Below, piece by piece: positions 12,490 through 24,042 of a DNA stretch of 64,000 nt. The stretch spans positions 496,001 to 560,000 of the forward strand of contig JAQGDQ010000115.1 in NCBI GenBank assembly GCA_030141605.1. The letters are read 5' to 3'. The notes beneath the pieces are model-generated. The model was given only the letters and a program-made list of their open reading frames with translations, searched no databases and had not been told where the DNA came from. Within the stretch, counting starts at the first letter, position 1. Each line of letters opens with the position of its first letter. A program made the translations under genes and the position numbers. This DNA is from Tubiluchus corallicola (taxonomy: Eukaryota; Animalia; Priapulida).

Positions 12490-12987
12490 TTAATTCTCAC
12501 AACTGTTAAAGCGATGAGGGAATGTAAATGCATAACCAAGTAAAACCAAACGTTTCGAGGGTGTACCGCTCGGTGCCACTTTGGAGTACCTATTAATGTC
12601 GTACGTTCTTATCTGGCCATCTAAATTGGCATCTAATAGACATGGTAGATTTGAGCCTCTGCAACCGATGCTGTCACTTGGGGGTAATTCAGGACTGCAA
12701 ATGTCCAATGGTTTAGGACATGTTTTTCTCAGTACGCTTCTTCTTGTGTCAACGTATTTCTTCGGCCCACCCGTCTCTCTCTCTTCATGTTGTATCAAAG
12801 TCACAAAGTACAGACTGTACCAACCAGACTTGTGCCTTTCCCACAAAACCGCTTCTATTAAGAGTGCCCAGTACTTTACTCGGAGTATAAAGTCTTCCAT
12901 GTTATAACCCATCCATGTTTTTTCAAGCATGCGCGAAGACATACTTTCTTGATTTTTTAGTTCACCGTGCTTGCTGTCCACGTTCAT
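12490..12987 (-). CDS. Candidate orphan ORF/exon (165 aa from first ATG), unknown product
   Basis: About 180 stop-free codons of non-repetitive sequence in an AT-rich genome, with locally raised GC. AATAAA (minus strand, 12480-12475) lies 9 nt after the TAA. No recognised domain. Confidence 0.3.
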   Translation of the reverse strand: MNVDSKHGELKNQESMSSRMLEKTWMGYNMEDFILRVKYWALLIEAVLWERHKSGWYSLYFVTLIQHEERETGGPKKYVDTRRSVLRKTCPKPLDICSPELPPSDSIGCRGSNLPCLLDANLDGQIRTYDINRYSKVAPSGTPSKRLVLLGYAFTFPHRFNSCEN

Positions 12988-14436
12988 CTCTTCTTCGAGA
13001 ATGCAGCGAGGTCGTATATTATAATGCAACCGTTGTTACTAGCTTCACTTTTCCTTTGCAGCAGAAAAATAATCGAAAGCTTCGACACAATTGATGCGAA
13101 AATAATTACCGAGCGCCAGTAAGTACACAAGAATTTTTCGATTATTGTTCATCTGACGAAAAAGCCAAAACGATTCTTCAAAAAATCTATAGTAAAACTG
13201 TAAAAGCATGCGCCCTAAACGAATTTAAATGGGGATCATTCATCGTTCCCGCATATCGCGACATCTACACCATTCGTTTCTATTTGTTTATATATATATA
13301 TCCCCTAAACAAGACCAGAGGACATTCAACTGACACAAGGAAAGGGTCTACAGTAAAGAGGTGGAAGATGTAACGACATGCAGCAAGAAATTTAAGATTG
13401 ACTGACGCTCAGCTTTGTCTTATTAAATCAAATTTTAAATTTCAACAAGGAAAAACTTGTCGAATTCTTTCCTTGATGAAACTTAAAATTTAATTTAATA
13501 AGGAAATGGTGAATTATCATCTATGAATCCCTAGTTGACAATCACATTTATAAAGAAATAGGTTTCATACACCTGATTTCCTAGTGATAGAAATATCTGT
13601 TGCCGTTCTTCTTGAATCGAATTCAAATGTAGTCTTGAGAGAGACAACTTCCTGGTAGAAAATTCTACAGATAAGAAGTCCGAAAGAAAAAACTTGGTTA
13701 CATCTAGGCATGTCCAGAGAAGCATAGGGAAGCAACAAAAAACCAGTATCTCACGAAGGCTGCCAGTATTTAGAAAAGCATAATCCACAGACATAGCGAT
13801 AAAAGAGAAAATGTTGCGCTGTCTTTCCATGAACAAGAGATTATAGGGGTGACGCCCCAAATCAGGCCCAACTTGTCTGACATGATTTTGCAATCCATTC
13901 AGTCAAGTGAGTTATGGTGACAAGCTGAGTGACCAGCCCAGATGTGACTGCAGCCTTCCAAGCAACGCCGAGTGAACAATTTGTGAAAACAGAGAATATT
14001 ACGCTGTACGGAAGACCACACTGAGCTGAAATTCCAAAGTAACAAAATCAAATAACTAACAAATTTGCAGAAAAATAGGCCTCCGAAAAATGTCTCGCGG
14101 AAAGGAATATTATTTGTGTTTAAATGAGGACTGCTGGAACAACTAACTTATAATTATGGTCAGAATTAGGTTTCTGGTACCTAGGACGTTTTTGCGAGAT
14201 GTGATCATGGTTATGTTTGGTTAATGAAACGTGAAACGAATCCTACTGCTCTATAATAATCAACTAAGACTGAAGGACTATAATCTAATGCTAGGGGAAT
14301 TATATTAGCAATGACTGTGAGCACACTACTCACAGTTCTGTTAACAAATATTTGAAAGTAAATAAATATTCTAGCGTAAAATTGGTGAAATCTGTTTACT
14401 AAATTTAATAATAACACATTTTTAGTTCGCTGTGCC

Positions 14437-15060
<624 letters not shown>

Positions 15061-18000
15061 ATAGAAATTTGTTATAATATTGATGATCTGCCAGATATAC
15101 TTAAAAATGTTTCGTGCCAATCTTTAAAGAAAGAAAATAGCTTCAAAGTCCAACAGATTATCTGTGCAAAAAACCTCGGATCTTCATTTTTTTATAACAC
15201 TACTTTCTTCCCAAAATTCCATGCAATGCTGACTGTCGATGACATCTGGAATCATTGAGGATGAAATATTTTCACAGATGGCTAAAGTTAATCACGAACG
15301 AAGTATATAGTCGCTTCATAATTAATGATTATTGATCGCCGCTGTTTGCGAGCAAAAAATTCCTAACGGAGAAGGCGATGTGTGTTTTCTTCTGCTTTTG
15401 CGAGTTCATTGCTCCAAGAGTTTTACCGAGCTTGTAGGATGTAGATGCAGAAGCCGAGGTAGTGTACAATCATTACCAGTTGTCATCTTGCCTATATATG
15501 TTAGAGAAGAAAAATCGTAGATTATTTTGAGTTTTTGCCCAGTGTTGTATGATGTTCTTCATCTATTCAGTCAGAAAAACTAAGATGATCACAGCTGATT
15601 TCCAAACAACGATTACTGTGATCCTCACGGACGTCACCTCATCATCTGTAATGCATGTTATGTCTCTTGTTGAGCGTTTTTGTCCCATGCCTGCTTAAAG
15701 AAGGCATGTTGGGTATATTTTACTGTTATCACTTAAACTTGGAAAAATATAATAAAGAATTTTCAAAAAAAACTTCGATAAATATAAAGTTAATTTATAC
15801 TACTGTTTCAGACCCTGTAGTAACCGCCATTTACTTGAAAATTATGACGTAACTGGTGGACTTTGCGACTCTTTGTAAGCCCATCGTGGCTTTCCACAAG
15901 CATGTGTTCTTAAACTAATTCAGACTTTTGAAACTTACCTAATATTCATGCAAAAATATCACAAAATTATCTTTCTAATTTTTTGTAAAAACTTATTATG
16001 ATTTCGACAGAAATTGACAGTGCGCCGCTTTTATTCAACCGATGAACAACGTCTTTGATAAAAAAATGGACATTTAAAATGGTAGTGCCCAGAGCAAATT
16101 GTGAAATGATCGACGCCACTTTAAACTTAACTTTACTAACTGCGCGAGGAGCTTATCACACTTTTATTATTAAATCCTTCTAACGTTTTTTGCAAGCAGT
16201 TGAAATAAGCCTGACTTCCCAGAAGGCTTTACCTTTTCCTTAACTTTATTATTCGGTAACCCTTTATTTAGCTTTAAATGTTGATTCGTCGTTTAACAGT
16301 AACAAGTTGATATAATTCACATCTTTCAGATAAGAAATCTGCGTTAATTGAATGTACATGCTTTTCGATAACTTTCTTTTCTTGAGTCAAAGTCCAGGCC
16401 TATTCCTCATTCATAAACCTCTACAATCTGCACATAATCTGCAGACTATAGCCTCGGCTAGCTTCGAAATTAATCCTCTTTTAATTAAATGCACTTCCAA
16501 AAGGTAATCCCAGATTCTGTTCTTGTGCGATCTCTGTATCTTTTCAAGTGTACTATATTAACACATATAGTATATTAGTAGTGCCTGTTATATTGTCTGT
16601 ATTTTCTATATATTACTAGCTTTTTTTGCCAAAGTTTTGTGTGAATGTCGAGCAACTCGCGCTCTTCTTTTCCCAAACAAGGAATCACTGAATAATAAGC
16701 AATGATTCTGCTTTAATAAAATACCTCTGTGGTTCATTTCGTTAGATCGCATTTTAATTTAAAGAAATTGCCAAGAGAAATTTCATTTTGCCATAATAAG
16801 TAAATAGATGATTTGGACAAATTGCCCCCAATGTACAAGCGCATTTGGTCTCCGTGGAGTGGAGCGGCTTACCTATCAACTTATCAACTAATTTCACTTT
16901 ATACAGATTCCGTTCTAGCCATCATCTACTGAGTTGCTTTTGCCCGCAACATTCCACTAGACCTTCTTGGCTGGAAACTCATAATGGTTCGCATCATTCT
17001 CAGGATATTTATTTTTGCACAATGAGGAAAAACAAGGCAAATGGATAACAAATTGCTTGTCATTTTGAGCTTTGTTTACTCACCTAACTACATGTTTAAT
17101 TGTCTACAGTTACCGGAAACAATACCTTGTATTATATGCATGTCGGCGATTTATAAGTGTTGTTTGACTTTGCGTAGCACTTAGACCAGCACTTATTCCA
17201 AGGGCTGCTGTTTAAAATTAAGCATAATATAATTTTGTAAGCGGAAGTGGGACTAGCGCAGTGTAAATGCAGTTGCACTATAATGTAAACAGGAAATAAA
17301 CAAACCTGATTTCGTTCAAAGATTTGGTGTTGATCTTGGAAAAAATGTTTCCTATGTATGTGTCAATACGTTGATTTACAGGAACATTTGTTTATTTCAG
17401 AGCTGACACGCACTTTGTTAAAATGGGTCCCAAAAGATGTTGATGACCTTCATTGAACGTGGACTTCAGTAAGCGTGTTTCGTAACGTTGCTGATTTTTA
17501 CTAACTCTGTTAACCACGCGGAAATGCAAGGCTTTATGATAAAACTTGAGTGGAAACTGCTATAATCCAGTTTCCAAGTATTTTTCTCAAAACAATTCTT
17601 ATTTCTTACCTGAAGATTTACTGGGACTGGTTGTCTTTCAATAATTATTGAATTAAAATTAAATTAAAAAAACAAACAAATTCCAGTTGAAAAACGACTA
17701 AGCAAAACAACACGAACACCGAATAGGATGCTCGATCAAGACTGTCTTAAACATTTCAACAACGTTAATTATTAATCTGTGAGCAGCAGTGACCAATTAG
17801 TGACTTTATGCAGAACTATGATCGAAAAAAGAGTTCTCAAACACGTCTGGTCTGAACGCTGGAGTTTCTGGGCTGTTATGGTAACAGCAATCCATTAAAC
17901 CACGTGATCACAAACAAACAGTTTCGTTTTGACAGCTGCATTTATCCGTTTTCAAGTTCTGATGAAGGAGAGATCAACCATTATTTTTTCATAATTACAA

Positions 18001-18262
18001 TCGTATATCAGGAATATGTCACGCACTCATAAATTGTGAGCCGCTATTACGTCATGTTCCACTTACTTCCTAATGTGCACCTTGTGTTGAAATTTCACGT
18101 GAAAAGTAAAATTCACTATGACAATTATCGATTATCATAATTATATTAATGAAATTAGGATTACGTACCATTAACGTGTTTGTCCCCACTAACTAAGAAG
18201 CCGTTTTATATACTTATAGCATGCAATTAATTTTAGCATTCTTTTTTATCTAACAATGTCAA

Positions 18263-19126
18263 TTAATTTTGTGAGCAAGTCAACAGATGGCGAAAGGCAT
18301 TACTAAAGTCATTGTTTCTCCAGGCGTAAACAACCGGATTAAGAGCTGAATTTGCATAGATGATCAACAAATTCACCATTGGCAACCATGACAAATCACA
18401 GGCGGGACAAGATTTGATGGTCACTATCGCAACTACGTACAGCATAGCTGAAATGGTGAAGCCAATTACCAAGATCCCAATTGTTGTTGTAGCTTTGTTT
18501 TGTTGTTCATGTTGTCCTGGCCCAGTCTGCAGAACCTGCAGGGCTTGACATTCCGCGTTTATGCGTTTGAACTGTTTAGTTGTCTCTCTCCAAATCCGGA
18601 AATAACCAATTATCATTATCAAAGATGGGGCAAAATGGAATACGGTGGTCGTTATTGAAAGTATGGTAGGACCTTTGGCAATTACAATTTCGTTGTCTTT
18701 TGCCGAAAAAGACAGAAATATTCCAAGAGGGATAACCGTGCTAACGCACCACACCGCAGCAATGGCCCAGCATGTGGTTTTTGGAGTGACTATCTCGGGA
18801 TATTGTAGTGGCAATGTGTAACGTTCTAACGCTATCGCACATAAGTTGTATAAACTTGCAGTTCCGAAGTAGAAGTCAACCGGCATTGTGACCAATGTGT
18901 TGCAGTTGAGGACCGCGATGCAGTAAGCAGACTTGAGTATGATAACAACTCCGTACAACATATCAGCAACGGCAAGAGAGGCAAGCAAATAGTTGCGACA
19001 ACTCTGCAGTCTGCTGAACTTTCTTACAGATGTTACGACCAATGCATTTCCAGACGTGGCTGTAGCACCTATTACTGCATTTACAATATGATAGACGTAT
19101 AACATCACGATCCTTGTATTATCCAT
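18263..19126 (-). CDS. Intronless class A (rhodopsin-family) GPCR, aminergic/adenosine-receptor-like, copy A (287 aa)
   Basis: Seven hydrophobic segments. Motifs GN (TM1), LAVAD (TM2), ERY (TM3), W in TM4, Y in TM5, NSALNPVVY (TM7) and F..AF helix 8. Three residues shorter than copy B in ICL2. Confidence 0.9.
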   Translation of the reverse strand: MDNTRIVMLYVYHIVNAVIGATATSGNALVVTSVRKFSRLQSCRNYLLASLAVADMLYGVVIILKSAYCIAVLNCNTLVTMPVDFYFGTASLYNLCAIALERYTLPLQYPEIVTPKTTCWAIAAVWCVSTVIPLGIFLSFSAKDNEIVIAKGPTILSITTTVFHFAPSLIMIIGYFRIWRETTKQFKRINAECQALQVLQTGPGQHEQQNKATTTIGILVIGFTISAMLYVVAIVTIKSCPACDLSWLPMVNLLIIYANSALNPVVYAWRNNDFSNAFRHLLTCSQN

Positions 19127-20675
19127 CTCTGATATTATTCCTCCCGTGTTTTCCTTTTCTTTAGTAGCTAGTGCTCATTGGTGAGATAGTTTATGGTGCA
19201 CCCAAATGCCTAAATCTGTTATAAAGCAAATTTTGCTCAAAAAAGTCTCCAGGCTTACGATCAATTTGTTTTATGCTTTGTTTTCTAATGTGTTTGTGGA
19301 ATATGCATTACATTCTTTGTCATAAGTTATAATCACAGATTAAATCAGATTTGCCGCCTTTAATCAGTAAAAATTTTGTCAATGTAAGCCGTAGAGTACT
19401 GTTGAGTGTTAAGACACCATGGAGTTAATACATTATTCAAGGTTTGTATTTAGAGTAGGTTTCTGAAGCATAGCGGCAAAGAATTGTCCAAGAAACAACT
19501 GCAGAAATAGTGCCATCCATGAATTTCTTCATTAATCCCAAGTTATTGACATCAATTATACCTAACACACGTTTTTGCACACTCTGCTAACTGCGATCAA
19601 ACGCTTACAGGTGTCTACTCAACGCAGATAACTGTAACAGGACCAGAATCTACTTTTCATCAAGATAACTCATTTAAGATAAGACACTAAGCCGACAGAA
19701 GTTCTTAACTATCTTCTAATCTAATCGTATATATTCTCCCTCAGCATAGGAAATATCTCAGGCAGTGTGGCAATCAATCAAAAGCAGTTTTTCTGTTATC
19801 ACTTATCCGCCAGGTTTAGCATTGCTTAACTGTCATAGCCAAGCGTACTCTGTGACTATTTAATTATTTTGCTCGCCATGACCTCATTGATGTGCCTCTC
19901 TATCTGCAAAGTAATTTCAAACGTTTAAAACACCTTATGCAGTACTTGTACGTGCACAAATATGCTCTAATGTCAACACACTTTTACCTTTTTACATTAG
20001 ATAGATCACATTTCACTAAGCAAGCTCTAAATTGCAAGCTTTGCGAGACAGATCACACTAAGCTAAACAAATAAACAAAAACAAGTCGAAAAACAATGAC
20101 GAAGCAAAGCAATACAAACACCGAACAGGATGCTCGATCAGGACTGTCCTAAATATTGTAAAAATGTTAATTATTAATCTGTGACAATCAGCAGTGATTA
20201 CTAATTAGTGACTTTATGCAGATCTATAATCAAAAAGAAAATTTTCAAGCAGGTCTGGGCTGAACTCTAGGGTTTTGGAATTCTGGGCTGTTATGGTAAC
20301 AGCAATCCATTAAACCACGTGATCACAAACAAACAGTTTCGTTTTTACAGCTGCATTTATCCGTTTTCAAGTTCTGATCAAGGAGAGATCAACCATTATT
20401 TATTCATAATTACAATCTTGTATCAGGATAATGTCATGCACTCATAATTTGTGAGCCGCTATTACGTCATGTTCCACTTACTTCCTAATGTGCACCTTGT
20501 GCTCAAATTTCACGTGAAAAGTAAAATTCACTATGACGATTATCGACCATCATAATTACATTATTGAAATTAGGATTACGTACCATTAACGTGTTTGTCC
20601 CCACTAACTAAGAAGCCTTTTTATATACCTATAGCATGCAATTAATTTTAGCATTCTTTTCTTTAACAATGTCAA

Positions 20676-21548
20676 TTAATTTTGTGAGCAATTCAACAGA
20701 TGGCGAAAGGCATCACTAAAGTCATTGTTTCTCCAGGCGTAAACAACCGGATTAAGAGCTGAATTCGCATAGATGATCAACACAATCACCATTGGCAACC
20801 AGGACAAATCACAGGACGGACAAGATTTGCTGGTGACCATCTCAACTACGTACATCATAGCTGAAATGGTGAAACCGATTACCAAGATCCCAATTGTTGT
20901 TGTAGCTTTGTTTTGGTGTTCATGTTGTCCTGGTCCAGTCTGCAGAACCTGCAGGGCTTGACGTTCCGCGTTTATTCGTTTGAACTGTTTAGTTGCCTCT
21001 CTCCAAATCCTGAAATAGCCAATTATCATTATCAAAGATGGGGCAAAATGGAATATGGTGGTCGTTATTGAAAGTATGGTAGGACCTTTGGCAATTACAA
21101 TTTCGTTGTCTTTTGCCGAAAAAGACAGAAATATTCCAAGAGGGATAACCGTGCTAACGCACCACACCGCAGCAATGGCCCAGCATGTGGTTTTTGGAGT
21201 GACTATCTCGGGATATTGTAGTGGTCGCATTATGGCAATGTAACGTTCTAACGCTATCGCACATAAGTTGTATAAACTTGCAGTTCCGAAGTAGAAGTCA
21301 ACCGGCATTGTGACCAATGTGTTGCAGTTGAGGACCGCGATGCAGTAAGCAGACTTGAGTATGATAACAACTCCGTACAACATATCAGCAACGGCAAGAG
21401 AGGCAAGCAAATAGTTGCGACAACTCTGCAGTCTGCTGAACTTTCTTACGGATGTTACGACCAATGCATTTCCAGACGTGGCTGTTGCACCTATCACTGC
21501 ATTTACAATATGATAGACGTATAACATCACGATCCTTGTATTATCCAT
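20676..21548 (-). CDS. Intronless class A GPCR, aminergic/adenosine-receptor-like, copy B (290 aa)
   Basis: Same motifs as copy A, with a canonical ERYIAIMRPLQY ICL2. ATG context GAGATGG. Confidence 0.93.
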   Translation of the reverse strand: MDNTRIVMLYVYHIVNAVIGATATSGNALVVTSVRKFSRLQSCRNYLLASLAVADMLYGVVIILKSAYCIAVLNCNTLVTMPVDFYFGTASLYNLCAIALERYIAIMRPLQYPEIVTPKTTCWAIAAVWCVSTVIPLGIFLSFSAKDNEIVIAKGPTILSITTTIFHFAPSLIMIIGYFRIWREATKQFKRINAERQALQVLQTGPGQHEHQNKATTTIGILVIGFTISAMMYVVEMVTSKSCPSCDLSWLPMVIVLIIYANSALNPVVYAWRNNDFSDAFRHLLNCSQN

Positions 21549-21619
21549 CTCTGATATTATTCCTTTTCGTTAGTAGCTAGTGCTCATTGGTGAGATTGTG
21601 CACCCAAATGCCTTAGCCT

Positions 21620-21626
21620 TTTATAA
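21620..21626 (-). promoter_or_regulatory. Candidate TATA box of GPCR copy B
   Basis: TATAAAA on the minus strand ~75 bp upstream of the ATG. The paralogous site in copy A (~19217-19223) reads TATAACA. Confidence 0.35.
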
Positions 21627-24027
21627 AGCAAATTTTGTTCAAAAAAGTCACCAGGCTTACTGTCAATTTTTTTTATGTTTTGTTTTCTAATGTGTATGTG
21701 GAATATGCATTACAGTCTTTGTCGTAAGTTACAATCACAGATTAGGTCCGACACCAGCCTTTTATCTGTAAAATTTTTGTAGTATTGTTGAATGTTAAGA
21801 CACCATGGAGTTAATGCACTATTCAAGGTTTGCGTTTAGCGTTTAAAGGTTTGTGAAGCAAAATGGCAAAGAATTATCCGAAAAAAATCGCAGAAATAAT
21901 GCCATCCATTAATTTCTTCATTAATCCCAAGTTGTTGACATTAGTTATACCTAACATACTTTTTTGTACATTCTGCTAACTGGGATCCAGCGCTCAAGGT
22001 TAGATCTGCTCGATGCAGATGACTGTGGCAGCACCGATATTTACTTTTCATCAAGGATAATTCATCTAAGATAAGACATAAGGCTGACAGAAGTTCTTAC
22101 CTACGTTCTAATCGTATATATTTTCCCTGAGCATAGTAAATATTCGGGGCAGTGTGGCAATCAACAAAAAGCAGTTTTCCTGGTACACGTGTACACTATT
22201 TAATTATTTAAGCGGTGACTATTTAATTATTTTGCTCGCCATGACCCTACAAAGCTATTTTTTAACCTACATCGCTTTCTGCGTTTTGTTTGAACTTTTG
22301 ACTAATTCACTGACTACTTGACAACTAAATGACTTATTGACAAGACTGTGCATGTATGTAAAAAAGAAATTGTCTCTATTTTGGAAGACCAAGCAGTATC
22401 AAACACATTGTGGTTCCCAACAAAATTAGAACGTTCAGAACTCCTTGGACGAGGTTTCAGTAAAGGACAAAGGTAATGTGAAATTTTTAATTAACAACAC
22501 GAGAAACAATTACAAGCTGTTACAAACTCGAGGGTGCTTTCGATCTACGGCGCATAAAAAAGATTTGTTTGCTCCTCTGTTAATTAAAAATGCTTTAAAA
22601 GCCAGCTGTGCTTCTTCAACATCTAATAATCTCGTCCCGCTTTTGTCGGTTTTTGCTCTCTAATGTGACGCAATTCTATAGAAGTGAAGCAGTTAGCCAG
22701 CGAGACAAGCAGACTTGGTGATCGATATCTCAAGGGACCCCACTAATGACGCGTTACAAACTTCAGCAAACGAAGACTCTATTAGCGATGTGCCGCCGCA
22801 CGACTTTATAAAATTTCCCCCAATTGATCTTGGAGGGACAAAATCCAGCTGTGAAATTAACACTGTTTGTGGTGAGTATCGATTCGGTTAGTAGAAAGCT
22901 TACCTTTAGCCATTAACCTAAGTCAACTAGTTGACAGGCTGTCAGACAGAGAAAAGCGTGTAGCTATTTATAAAAGTCAGCTTATCCGCCAGAAAATTAA
23001 AAATCAATAACCTTTTATATTTTTATAGCCAAGTTGTTTGGTTGGGCGTGTAAACAAAAGCTTTATATAGCAAATGTATTTTCATTTATTTTTGTTGGTT
23101 CTGCGTTGCTTGGGACACAAGGGATTTTACACTGATTCTTGTAGCGCAAAAGCAAAAGCTCTGCAGCCATTGCGGAAATTAAAATACTAGAGATACACGA
23201 GAATCTAAAAAACTCATTTTCTGAAGGTTAGAAACTGGAGTCCTTATCGCAGACGCAAAAAATGCTCAGACCGTGTCGTGTTAGCTAAAAGTGAACCATG
23301 TGAACAGGACACCAATGACTATTCCTGCCAAGTTTTACTTTGATGTACACTTGGTGGTTCGGCTAAGAACTAATCTAGTGAGACCTGTAAGTAAGTGAAG
23401 TTGGTCTTTCTCAGAATAGTATTTCGAAGAAGTGAACAATAACAATAGGTTTCTTAAATTGGTGCAATTAGTAAGGCATAATCCAGTTTCAAGTCTCCAA
23501 ATTCTAAAACACACCTAAGCTACGCACTGTTGTGATATGTGAAGCAAAGACTTTCTAACCAAAGAACCCCTTGACAAACTTTGAACCCAGGCTGCAGCTC
23601 TGAAGTCAAGGACATGTGACTGTCTTTGGATACTATTTGAAAAACCCCAATGAAGTTGTGTTACCATAATTAAGCGACATTTAAGCCTGCTAGCAACTGA
23701 CACCTTTTCCAACTATTTCATTTTTCAAAAATCTTCTTGAGACGAAATTTTGAACCACAATCTCCGGTCTTTAGCAAACAGAAGTCACAGTATTTTCAAC
23801 AAAAGCAATTTATGTCCTGACCACTCACTCGTGAATTAATTTACACAGTTCTGTCATTGCCAAGTTCTTTCTCTGACAAACCCTACTCGTCCACAAGGGA
23901 GACAAAGCAAACATGAGTTGAAATCGCACATGATGCCAAGTTAACTCATCGCGCTGTTCATTCTGACGGTTTTTCAATTCCTGTGTTTATACAAAGTAGA
24001 CGTGCAATCAGGACGAACAATCGCCTA

Positions 24028-24042
24028 GCGGCCATCTTGTGG
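24028..24042 (-). promoter_or_regulatory. CTCF-like motif
   Basis: CCACAAGATGGCCGC on the minus strand, close to consensus CCASYAGRKGGCRSY. Confidence 0.4.

Larger units (their letters stand above)
17670..22246. repeat. ~2.4 kb segmental tandem duplication (units ~17670-19884 and ~20065-22246), each containing one GPCR gene
   Basis: Collinear homology from ACACCGAAYAGGATGCTCGATCA (~17716 / ~20118) to GACTATTTAATTATTTTGCTCGCCATGACC (ending ~19883 / ~22246). Confidence 0.92.
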
